From: Promethearchaeota archaeon
GTDB taxonomy: Archaea > Asgardarchaeota > Lokiarchaeia > Sigyniarchaeales > SOKP01
Length of the DNA stretch: 64,000 nucleotides
Reading direction: 5' to 3'
Assembly (NCBI GenBank): GCA_030599585.1
Contig: JAUVNS010000007.1
Coordinates: forward strand, 160,001-224,000
Shown piece by piece: positions 48,891 through 57,844 of the stretch; positions within the stretch are counted from its first letter, which is position 1; the number at the start of each line of letters is the position of its first letter. The notes under the pieces were generated by a model that saw nothing but the letters and a program-made list of their open reading frames with translations, was not told the DNA's origin and did not search any database. Made by a program: the position numbers and the translations under genes.

Positions 48891-51572
48891 GTGGATAACA
48901 TGAACGAAATCGAAATTCAGAAAAAATTCAGGGAAGAAATTAATAATAAAGACGGTATTGCATCAATTTACAATCTTAAAAAATTAAAAACGCTTGGTTT
49001 TGGAGATATAGATAAATTACCATATTCTTTAAGAATATTGCTTGAGAATGTTATTCGTAATTTAGATGGAGAAGTTGTAACAGAAGCAAATTTCCTTGCA
49101 CTCTCCACATGGGTGCCAAATCAAAAGGAAAAAAAAGAAATTCCATATATTCCTTCAAGAGTATTACTTCAAGACTTTACTGGCGTGCCCGCCGTTGTTG
49201 ATCTCGCAGCTTTAAGATCAGCTATAAAAAGAGCAGGAAAAGATCCTGATACAATTAATCCTCTTATCCCCGTAGATTTAGTCATTGACCATTCAATCCA
49301 AGTTGATTATTATGGGACTAACGACGCACTAAAATTGAATGAAGAGAAGGAATTTGAGCGCAACTATGAGCGATATGTATTTTTAAAATGGGCTCAAACA
49401 GTTTTTAACAACTTTCGTGTAGTTCCTACAAGTAGAGGTATATGTCATCAAGTAAATTTAGAATATCTTGCCTCTGTTGTTCAATTAAGGGAAGATAAAG
49501 GAGAGTTATATGCATTCCCCGATACATTAGTAGGTACTGATTCACATACTACAATGATTAATGGATTAGGAGTTTTGGGATGGGGTGTTGGTGGAATTGA
49601 GGCTGAAGCAGTCATTTTAGGGCAGCCATACTATATGAATATTCCCGAAGTAGTTGGTGTTAAATTAATTGGTGAACCTCAAGATGGAATTACTGCTACT
49701 GATGTAGTCCTCACTATTACTCAAATTCTTAGAGCCCACGGTGTAGTTGGTAAGTTTGTTGAATTCTATGGGCCAAGTCTTGACAAGTTAAGGCTACCAG
49801 ATCGAGCTACGATTGCAAATATGGCTCCTGAATACGGTGCTACAATGGGATTTTTTCCTGTAGATGATAAAACCATAGACTATCTTATTTTGAGTGGTCG
49901 CGAAAAAGAGCACATTGAATTTGTAAGGGAATATTTAAAAAAAGTAGGTCTGTATTATGCTCCATCTACATCAACTCCAAATTTTAGTGAAACCTTAGAA
50001 ATTAATTTAACTGAGATAGAGCCTAGTTTAGCAGGACCAAAGAGACCACAAGATAGAATTTCTCTTAAAGATATGAGAAAAGAATTTATCAATCAACTAA
50101 AAACTTCTTATACCAAATCAGACGAAGTAGACTTAATAGCTGGTATTGATTCCGGCACCCTTAAACATGGGTCAGTTGTTATAGCGGCAATCACCTCATG
50201 CACAAATACTTCCAATCCTTCAGTTATGGTTGGAGCAGGAATGATTGCGAAAGCTGCTGTCGATAAGGGTTTAAAAGTCAAAAAACATGTTAAAACCAGT
50301 TTTGCTCCCGGATCTCGAGTTGTTAGAGATTATTTAGAAAGCGCTGGATTATTACCTTATCTTGAAGAATTAGGATTTAATATTGTTGGTTATGGTTGTA
50401 CTACTTGCATTGGAAATAGTGGACCACTCTCTAGTGATATAATTAAAAAAATCGAGGATAAAAATCTCACAGTTGCTTCAGTTCTTAGCGGGAATCGCAA
50501 TTTCGAAGGCAGAATCAGTCCTTACACAAAAGCAAATTACTTAGCATCACCCCCCTTAGTAGTTGCTTACGCAATAGCAGGTACTATTGCAATTGATCTT
50601 GAAAATGAATCCTTAGGTCTAGATTCAGAGGGAAATCCCGTATTCTTAAAAGATATTTGGCCATCTCATAAAGAATGTCAACAAATTTACATGAGTAACG
50701 TCAACCCAGATCAATTTACTAAAGAATATGGAGAAATTTTTAAAGGGTGGGAATTATGGAATAATTTAAAACCTCCAACAGAGAATGTCTATAAATGGGA
50801 AGAACAATCTACTTATGTAAGAGAGCCTCCTTTTTTCATGAATTTTCCCCTAGATACTCCTCCCTTAAAGGACATAGAAAGCGCAAAAATTCTTGCAATT
50901 TTAGGTGAAAGTGTAACTACCGACCATATTTCTCCAGCAGGAGCAATACCTGAAGAAATGCCTGCAGGGCGTTATCTAATTTCAAAAGGAATCGAACCTG
51001 AAGATTTCAATTCTTTTGGCTCTAGAAGGGGCAATCACGAGGTAATGATGAGGGGAACATTTGGAAACATACGAATCAAGAATTTACTTGTCGATAAAGA
51101 AGGTGGTTGGACACTTTATCATCCTACGGGAGAAATAATGCCATTATATGATGCAGCTATGAAATACATTGCTTCTGAAACGCCATTGATAGTTATTGCT
51201 GGAAATGATTACGGAATGGGGAGTTCTCGAGATTGGGCAGCTAAAGGTACCCAACTACAAGGAGTAAAAGCAGTTATCGCTGAATCGTTCGAAAGAATTC
51301 ACAGAAGCAATCTTGTAGGAATGGGCGTTTTGCCCTTAGAATTCAAAAAAGGAGAATCTGCAACAACTTTAAAACTAAAGGGAAATGAAACAATTACTAT
51401 CTCTGGAATAAAGAATATTAAGCCTTTCTCTGATCTGACAGTGAGAGTGAAAAAAGAAAATGGAGACATTTTTACATTTGATGTAGTCGTAAGACTTGAT
51501 AGTGAGGTAGATATTGAATATTACCAAAATGGCGGAATATTACATACAGTTCTAAGGAAAATGTTAAATTAG
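48891..51572 (+). CDS. acnA: Aconitate hydratase AcnA (IRP-like)
   Basis: LQDFTGVPAVVDLA, DHS, GICHQVNLE, DSHTT, SCTNTSN, GCTTCIGNSG, TTDHISP, GSSRDWAAKG. Confidence 0.95.
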   Translation: MDNMNEIEIQKKFREEINNKDGIASIYNLKKLKTLGFGDIDKLPYSLRILLENVIRNLDGEVVTEANFLALSTWVPNQKEKKEIPYIPSRVLLQDFTGVPAVVDLAALRSAIKRAGKDPDTINPLIPVDLVIDHSIQVDYYGTNDALKLNEEKEFERNYERYVFLKWAQTVFNNFRVVPTSRGICHQVNLEYLASVVQLREDKGELYAFPDTLVGTDSHTTMINGLGVLGWGVGGIEAEAVILGQPYYMNIPEVVGVKLIGEPQDGITATDVVLTITQILRAHGVVGKFVEFYGPSLDKLRLPDRATIANMAPEYGATMGFFPVDDKTIDYLILSGREKEHIEFVREYLKKVGLYYAPSTSTPNFSETLEINLTEIEPSLAGPKRPQDRISLKDMRKEFINQLKTSYTKSDEVDLIAGIDSGTLKHGSVVIAAITSCTNTSNPSVMVGAGMIAKAAVDKGLKVKKHVKTSFAPGSRVVRDYLESAGLLPYLEELGFNIVGYGCTTCIGNSGPLSSDIIKKIEDKNLTVASVLSGNRNFEGRISPYTKANYLASPPLVVAYAIAGTIAIDLENESLGLDSEGNPVFLKDIWPSHKECQQIYMSNVNPDQFTKEYGEIFKGWELWNNLKPPTENVYKWEEQSTYVREPPFFMNFPLDTPPLKDIESAKILAILGESVTTDHISPAGAIPEEMPAGRYLISKGIEPEDFNSFGSRRGNHEVMMRGTFGNIRIKNLLVDKEGGWTLYHPTGEIMPLYDAAMKYIASETPLIVIAGNDYGMGSSRDWAAKGTQLQGVKAVIAESFERIHRSNLVGMGVLPLEFKKGESATTLKLKGNETITISGIKNIKPFSDLTVRVKKENGDIFTFDVVVRLDSEVDIEYYQNGGILHTVLRKMLN

Positions 51573-52601
51573 ATCGCTTAATCTAAAATGTTGATATTCA
51601 TTTTTCTCTTGAGTAGCTGGGAAAAATTTCAAATCTATATCCTCACCTTCTTTCATTTCTACTAATGCAGTGCCATTTGTTTGGAATCTATTTCCAGTTT
51701 CTCGAAACTTTACAAACACCGAATCATCAGAAAGAACTCGAAGTAATCCTTCAGCATTCTTTTCTACATTATAAAGTAATTTAAGTCCACCTTCTAGCCT
51801 TTCCTTGGAAATAGATCCTTCCCCAATAGGAAAGTTCTTTGGACTAAAACCTTCTGAAATATAATGATTCGTATGAAAAAATCGATCCGTAATATCTGTC
51901 CTATAAGAAGCATTACCAGTAGTCTCTAGATTTACCGCAACATTTGTTTTTAAAGAACTTATGTTGTAGTTAGCTCCGCCAGAACGCGGGTTATATCTTT
52001 GGGCTGCAAAAAGTGCATCCTCAATAGTTTTCTGTTCAAGCATATTTCTTCCAAGAAAAATACGAGATATACCTACGCTTTTTGCAGGATCTGGTAATGA
52101 ATTACAACAAAAAAAGATTCCATGAGAATTAAATCCAAACGACATTCCAGGTAAGATTCCGGGATATGAATACGCGAAGAAAGAGGTCCCATTTTCTAAT
52201 TCTTCGTATAAGAAATACGCATTTTTACCCATAATTGGATGCGCATCTTCATTATGAGCAATTAAAGTATTTCTTTCAAATTTAAAAATCCCTGTTGAAC
52301 AATTATCTGCTCTTGGCATGTGTTTATAATTATGAATGAAAATATCGCGAAATTCTATTCCAGATCCTTCGGCATAACCCTTGAGCTCTTCCATGTATTG
52401 TGGAAAATATTTCTCTGAAATGTTCTTTACTTTGTTTAATCTCTCGGGATTTTTTTCGTCCCATTCTTTATTTTCTTTAAAAGCAGGTAAATTGTCTAAA
52501 GTATTCTTTATTCGATCCCTAAAGTGCTGTCCAATTTGAAATCCGATTTCGTAATTGGTTCCACTAACTCTTAAAAACGGAAGTGTATCTTGAGTATTCA
52601 T
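51564..52601 (-). CDS. Peptidase C45 / Ntn-hydrolase (acyl-CoA:6-APA acyltransferase-like)
   Basis: GTNYEIGFQIG, autoprocessing Cys in NCST, AHNED, GFNSHG, HTNHY. Confidence 0.82.
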   Translation of the reverse strand: MNTQDTLPFLRVSGTNYEIGFQIGQHFRDRIKNTLDNLPAFKENKEWDEKNPERLNKVKNISEKYFPQYMEELKGYAEGSGIEFRDIFIHNYKHMPRADNCSTGIFKFERNTLIAHNEDAHPIMGKNAYFLYEELENGTSFFAYSYPGILPGMSFGFNSHGIFFCCNSLPDPAKSVGISRIFLGRNMLEQKTIEDALFAAQRYNPRSGGANYNISSLKTNVAVNLETTGNASYRTDITDRFFHTNHYISEGFSPKNFPIGEGSISKERLEGGLKLLYNVEKNAEGLLRVLSDDSVFVKFRETGNRFQTNGTALVEMKEGEDIDLKFFPATQEKNEYQHFRLSDLI

Positions 52602-52770
52602 ATTATGAAAAAAGTAAGCTGATTTTTAATTATTATAATTATTTATCCAATTAAATAAAATATTTTTTATAAAATTATTCAAATGGATAATATAATATTT
52701 TAAGTAATATCGGGATTTAAAAAAAAAAGAATGCTTAGAACCAAAATTAAAAATTGAGTTATATTGATAA

Positions 52771-52926
52771 TCTAACATACTAAATATTAACGAAGGTTGG
52801 GGGATTGACCAATTCAAAAAGAGAAGCGTTAAGTATCTCACTCACAACATAATATATACAGTACAAGAAAATATTTATGAACCTAATATGCACATGGATG
52901 ATGTGGCGGTACAAATAAAAAAATAA
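52771..52926 (+). pseudogene. Probable 3' remnant of a molybdopterin (DMSO-reductase family) catalytic subunit gene
   Basis: Frame translated by hand: SNILNINEGWGIDQFKKRSVKYLTHNIIYTVQENIYEPNMHMDDVAVQIKK*. Resembles the C-terminal molybdopterin-dinucleotide-binding domain, is preceded by a stop, and ends 14 nt before a DmsB-like gene. Confidence 0.5.
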
Positions 52927-52940
52927 GAGGATGCAGAAAT

Positions 52941-53525
52941 ATGAGCAAAAATAAACATTTCGGTATGGTAATTGATCAAGAAAGATGTATTGGATGCGAG
53001 GCGTGTAGCTTAGCTTGTCGGATTGAAAATAATTCAACGGAATTCTGGATTAAAGTTGAAACTCAAGGAGGAAAAGCAAAAAATACTCCAGCTGGCAAAT
53101 ATCAAAATCTAACTTTAAATTATCTCCCCAAATTATGCAATCATTGTTCAAATCCGCCGTGTGTTGAAGTTTGTCCCGTTGATGCGCTTCAAAAACGAGA
53201 TGATGGGCCAGTAGTATTAGATCAGAATTTATGCACAGGTTGTAAAGCTTGTATTAAAGCATGTCCATACGATGTTATTGTTTTCGATGAAAAAAGTAAT
53301 CATGCTGAAAAATGTAATTTATGCGTTCATCGAATTGATAAGGGTCTCGAACCTTTTTGCGTTATTTGTTGCGAGGGACAAGCTATGTATTTTGGTGATT
53401 TGAACGATCCAACTAGTGAAGTTTCCCAACTTCTTTTAAAGAGGATCAATTTTCAATTAAAGCCAGAAGAGCTAACGAATCCTTCGATCCATTATCTTCC
53501 ACCTAAACCAAAAAGAGAACTGTAA
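52941..53525 (+). CDS. 4Fe-4S dicluster electron-transfer subunit (DmsB/NrfC-like)
   Basis: CIGCEACSLAC, CNHCSNPPCVEVCP, CTGCKACIKACP, KCNLC..PFCVICC. Confidence 0.9.
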   Translation: MSKNKHFGMVIDQERCIGCEACSLACRIENNSTEFWIKVETQGGKAKNTPAGKYQNLTLNYLPKLCNHCSNPPCVEVCPVDALQKRDDGPVVLDQNLCTGCKACIKACPYDVIVFDEKSNHAEKCNLCVHRIDKGLEPFCVICCEGQAMYFGDLNDPTSEVSQLLLKRINFQLKPEELTNPSIHYLPPKPKREL

Positions 53526-53590
53526 AAAATAATATATTAAAGAAGGAGAATGTCTTTTAAAAAAAAAAATTGAGATAAATTTTTAGTTTA

Positions 53591-54286
53591 TTATTCTCTC
53601 TTCTTGAAAAAGCGACTATAGGATGTATATTGCCACAACATATAAACAATTGTTCCTATTATCATGAGCATTCCAAGCATTGGGGCAATCTCTCCGAAGA
53701 AGATCACTGGCATGTAGAAAAAATACGAAACAAAAATGTAAATTCCAATTCTAACTAATTGTTTGTCATCAACCGCTTTTGCGTCTCGATATATTAATAT
53801 TGAAAGTGCTATTCCTTGTATCAGCCATGGTATGTTTCGGAATACTAACCATTCGTAAGGAGCTGATTGAGCTGTCCATTGATTTTGAGGAAATACAAAT
53901 ATTATCAATCCAACTATTCCGATACCAATTAATACTTTAAACAGTAAATTCTTCGGATGATTAAACTGTACCCGCCAAGCATCTGTGAAAAACATAAATA
54001 GAAAGATTAAACCAACCGCTTCTAAGAGAGATCCGATTCCTGAAATAGCATAGCTCATTTCTCCCTCTCCAGAGAAAAAAACGATTAGTCGAGCACCTAC
54101 ATGCCCTAAATCACCTATAAATAACATTATAAATGCTAATCGTATTCTTTTTGCTGTCGTGATTTCTTTCTGATTTACCTTTTTCAGGTTTTTTGACATC
54201 AGAATTACAATTGCACAGATATATATTAAATAGATAACACTGAATGTTATCTCCATTATAACTTGAGGTTCCGCCATAATTGTCAC
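53591..54286 (-). CDS. Hypothetical 7-TM membrane protein
   Basis: Seven hydrophobic segments; GDLGH and RNIP motifs. Confidence 0.72.
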   Translation of the reverse strand: MTIMAEPQVIMEITFSVIYLIYICAIVILMSKNLKKVNQKEITTAKRIRLAFIMLFIGDLGHVGARLIVFFSGEGEMSYAISGIGSLLEAVGLIFLFMFFTDAWRVQFNHPKNLLFKVLIGIGIVGLIIFVFPQNQWTAQSAPYEWLVFRNIPWLIQGIALSILIYRDAKAVDDKQLVRIGIYIFVSYFFYMPVIFFGEIAPMLGMLMIIGTIVYMLWQYTSYSRFFKKRE

Positions 54287-54430
54287 CGAATTTCGTGTTC
54301 TTAAAATCTATCTAATTTTCATAAATATATACATTTCTATTCTTGAAGAAATAATCGTAATAAACGGGCAAAGGAGTTAAGGATTTCAAGCAAACTCGAA
54401 AATTGATGCTCGTAATGAAAAAAAAGAATA

Positions 54431-55015
54431 TTAAGTATTAAGTTTTTGGAGCAAGTAAGCCATGTTTTTACCTAAATTTTGAAAAGTAGCTATACCTTCT
54501 CTGTCTTCCATAATTTTTTCAGGGTTTAAAACATTTGGATTTACACCTAAATTCCAATAGCTACTACCAACTACAAACATCTGGTTAATTAGGAAAAAAT
54601 AATTTATACTTGAAAAAACATGAGTTGCTCCTGCTCTTCTGACCGATACTACAGCGGCACCAACTTTATGTTTTAACAGGCTATCGTTTACTTTACTTAC
54701 AAGACCTGCTCTTTCGATTAAAGCTTTCATTCTTGTGGTAGTATCTGCAAAATAAGTAGGTGATCCTAATATTATCCCATCAGCATTGAGCATCTTTTCT
54801 AAATACTCATTTAATTTGTCAGTTTTGACACTACATCTCTTATCTTGATTTTCAACGCATCGATAACATGAGATACATCCCTGGATTTTATCCATACCCA
54901 TCCAAACATATTCAGTCTCAATTCCGGCACTCTTCAATTCGTCCATTACCACATTTAAACATATGGCGGTATTACCCTCACTCCTTGGACTTCCATTAAA
55001 AACAACTACTTTCAT
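54431..55015 (-). CDS. Iron-sulfur flavoprotein (Isf) / flavodoxin-like FMN reductase
   Basis: NGSPRSEGNT, CISCYRC..C, GSPTYF, RRAG. Confidence 0.88.
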   Translation of the reverse strand: MKVVVFNGSPRSEGNTAICLNVVMDELKSAGIETEYVWMGMDKIQGCISCYRCVENQDKRCSVKTDKLNEYLEKMLNADGIILGSPTYFADTTTRMKALIERAGLVSKVNDSLLKHKVGAAVVSVRRAGATHVFSSINYFFLINQMFVVGSSYWNLGVNPNVLNPEKIMEDREGIATFQNLGKNMAYLLQKLNT

Positions 55016-55167
55016 ATTTTAACATCTACTAATTAGTATTTTTTATTAACTATTGTATAATTTAATAACTTTCTTCTTCAATTTCTTAATATTGACTTCT
55101 ATTCGTCTTCATTAGCAATAACTGGAATGTCAATAATCTTAATTATTTCCAAACATAAATATTTCTT

Positions 55168-55830
55168 TTAATCTAGTATTCTGAACTCAATCTCCCGTCC
55201 TTTATTATTAAAGCATTTTATACTGTGTAAATTATACGGAGAAGCGATAATAAAATTGAATTGTTTTGTTTTAAAAACATGATTAATATCAGTAAGAGAA
55301 GGATTAGGATTTCCAGAAGGATGGGAATGAATAGATCCCTTGAGAGTTGAATCAAAGCCCAACCTACTAGGAATAAAAAGTCCAGAAGTGTTAGAGGTAA
55401 TTGCTCCTGGAGGTAATATAAATTCTATCGCAATTCCATCAATGATTCTTAGAAGTCCTAATATTTCTCTCGGATGTTGATTTTTACATAACGCAAAAAG
55501 TCCATTAAGTAATTCTTTTTTAATTTTTATTTCTTTAGAATCCAAATTATTAATGAAAGTTAATATTTCATCAATGAGATCGACAATAGAAGGAGGATTT
55601 TTTTTTTCCCATCGATTTAATAAAGGAATAATTTTATCAACTTTTCGATAAACGCGGTCATCTTTACTAATTAAATTAACAATTGGTTTTTTTGGGTAAT
55701 TTTTGAAGTTGATTTTCAAAAAAAATTTATCTCTTAAAGGAATTTTTACATGAGAAATACGAGCGTCCTCAAGAATTGCATTAGGATAAAATTCAATTAT
55801 CTTTTGATATTGATCTTCAATAATTTTCAT
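55168..55830 (-). CDS. JAB/MPN+ (JAMM) metalloisopeptidase with N-terminal UBC/UEV-like domain
   Basis: C-terminal PRE..HSHPSGNPNPSLTD JAMM motif; N-terminal LKINFKNYPKKP..LNRW..PPSIVDLIDEI resembles the E2 fold without Cys. Confidence 0.78.
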   Translation of the reverse strand: MKIIEDQYQKIIEFYPNAILEDARISHVKIPLRDKFFLKINFKNYPKKPIVNLISKDDRVYRKVDKIIPLLNRWEKKNPPSIVDLIDEILTFINNLDSKEIKIKKELLNGLFALCKNQHPREILGLLRIIDGIAIEFILPPGAITSNTSGLFIPSRLGFDSTLKGSIHSHPSGNPNPSLTDINHVFKTKQFNFIIASPYNLHSIKCFNNKGREIEFRILD

Positions 55831-55844
55831 AACAATCCCTAAAA

Positions 55845-56606
55845 TTATTCTAATTTGCCAAGATATATTTCGGTATCGTATTCAATTCTAATAATTCCAT
55901 TCCGTTGGTGCTTGTTAAACAAATCTTCCAATTCAAGTATCATTTTTGGGAAAATAGGATTATCAACTAAAGGAATATAAGATGAAGAAAGGACTCTACC
56001 TTTAAAACTGGTAAAACTTAAATCTTGAAAATTATCAAATGTTTCTTTTTGGTAATTAAAGAAGAGATCAACATTTTTCTCATTTTTCCTTACTTCTTTA
56101 TAATCTATACCGTATTTTAAAATGAAATTTTCATAGCTACTATTAAACTCTGCTCCGGATTTTCCACGATTGTTCCAAATTAACGCTACATTTCCATTCG
56201 GTTTTAATATTCTTTTAAATTCTCTCTTAGACTCCTCTACATCGAACCAATGAAAAGCTTGTCCAGCAGTGATAAGCTCTACAGAATTCTCTTCTAATCC
56301 CGTGGACTCAGCCGAACCGTCAAGACTTGTAAAATTTGGATATCCTTGGAGGGTTTTTTCAGCTGCTTCTCTCATATCTTTATTAGGTTCAATACCATAA
56401 ACCTCGTTTCCGTTATCCAAGAATAGTTTAGCGAGAATTCCTGTACCTGAACCTATATCGGCGATTACAGCATCTTCTGCTAAATTTTTTTTCCCTTTTA
56501 GAAATTCTATAATTTTTAGTGGGTAGCTTGGTCGGTATTTGATATAGTTTTCTACTCTGGAAGAAAATCTCTTCTTCGGTTCAATAGCATATTTCCTATT
56601 GCTCAT
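55845..56606 (-). CDS. Class I SAM-dependent methyltransferase
   Basis: YRPSYP, ADIGSGTG, GQAFHWF. Confidence 0.9.
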   Translation of the reverse strand: MSNRKYAIEPKKRFSSRVENYIKYRPSYPLKIIEFLKGKKNLAEDAVIADIGSGTGILAKLFLDNGNEVYGIEPNKDMREAAEKTLQGYPNFTSLDGSAESTGLEENSVELITAGQAFHWFDVEESKREFKRILKPNGNVALIWNNRGKSGAEFNSSYENFILKYGIDYKEVRKNEKNVDLFFNYQKETFDNFQDLSFTSFKGRVLSSSYIPLVDNPIFPKMILELEDLFNKHQRNGIIRIEYDTEIYLGKLE

Positions 56607-56713
56607 TGAATCTCGATAACACTTAATTGAATTAATTATTTTCTAAAAATCTTTAAATACCATTAGATCATAGTATTGTCTGTAAATGAATAGCTAATTT
56701 TACATTATTATTT

Positions 56714-57814
56714 TTGGTGTTATCCATGGTTGAAAAAAAAAAAATAGAGTCAATTCCGAGTAATACACCTATTGAAAATGTTCCAGTTGATTATTACCCA
56801 CAAGGCTGTGGAAATTGGTATGAAATCGAGGAAGACATTGATGCTGGAAAAAAAATGTTTTTCAGAGATAGCAAACACGGGACTGGAGATTCAGAAAATA
56901 CGATTGTTTTTGTTCATGGCAACCCTGAGTGTTCGTACACATATAGAGGTGTTATAAAGCACTTAGTTAGCACAGCTAAAAAACCTATTAGGATTGTAGC
57001 AATGGATCACATTGGTTTTGGTTTATCTGATCAGGCTTCTTTTGAGATGGTTTGCATGGATCACGCTCAAAATTTGGGTCAATTAATACGACATTTGAAT
57101 TTACGAAATGTTACTTTTATCATCCACGATTGGGGTGGCCCAATCGGTGTTGGAGCGTTTTTAAAATTACCCGAACGCATATCAAATTTAGTGATATTAA
57201 ATAGTACTGTTTTTCCAATACCACTTACAGGATTAACATTTAAGAATTATCCCCTGAAGCGATTACCATGGAGTAAGTTACCAAAAACAATACCTAATAA
57301 TTATTGGGGAGCGTTTTCATCGTTTGCTATTTTTTATACTCTTGAAAACCCTGATGATTTATTAACAAACATGCCAACCATGCTTGCCAACGCAAAAGAG
57401 AAGGGTACGCTAATGGAAAACGAGAGCGTTAGTCAAAGGATATTTAGAGAACAATTCCAATCTAAACCGAATACATTAAGCTCAAAACGCTTAGTTCTTC
57501 AAACACCATTATGGGGTCACGGAAATATATATAAAGAACCAGCATTAGGAGAACGCGATACAACTCCCTTTTATCGCTTTATACAGGACAATATTAGTAA
57601 TCTTTGGGGTCCTGATGGCCAAAATATCGGTGTTCGGGCGGTTATTGGCAAAAAGGATCCATTAGCAAAAGAGGAAGTCTTACAGCAATGGGTTGATCAT
57701 CTTCCTCAACTTGAAGGTCACATAAAGATTTTTGAAAACAGAAACCATTTTATTGAAGAATTTGAACCGGAAGCGATTGCTAATGCCATTATCGATGTAG
57801 CAAGGTTAAAATAA
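56714..57814 (+). CDS. Alpha/beta hydrolase, haloalkane dehalogenase/OleB-like
   Basis: HGNP, DHIGFGLSD, HDWGG (Asp nucleophile), NHFIEE. Confidence 0.82.
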   Translation: MVLSMVEKKKIESIPSNTPIENVPVDYYPQGCGNWYEIEEDIDAGKKMFFRDSKHGTGDSENTIVFVHGNPECSYTYRGVIKHLVSTAKKPIRIVAMDHIGFGLSDQASFEMVCMDHAQNLGQLIRHLNLRNVTFIIHDWGGPIGVGAFLKLPERISNLVILNSTVFPIPLTGLTFKNYPLKRLPWSKLPKTIPNNYWGAFSSFAIFYTLENPDDLLTNMPTMLANAKEKGTLMENESVSQRIFREQFQSKPNTLSSKRLVLQTPLWGHGNIYKEPALGERDTTPFYRFIQDNISNLWGPDGQNIGVRAVIGKKDPLAKEEVLQQWVDHLPQLEGHIKIFENRNHFIEEFEPEAIANAIIDVARLK

Positions 57815-57844
57815 GTAAAAAAATGAAAAAAATAAATAATAAAA

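Noticed and set aside
52626-53037. Minus-strand ORFs 52626..52841 and 52780..53037
   Set aside because: Low-complexity translations of AT-rich DNA; the plus-strand remnant and Fe-S gene explain the region better.
55091-55152. Imperfect hairpin (ATTGAC..GTCAAT) and 17-codon minus-strand frame LEIIKIIDIPVIANEDE, reminiscent of the IPVIANGD motif
   Set aside because: Too short to support a pseudogene. No in-frame UGA selenoprotein nearby to justify a SECIS call.
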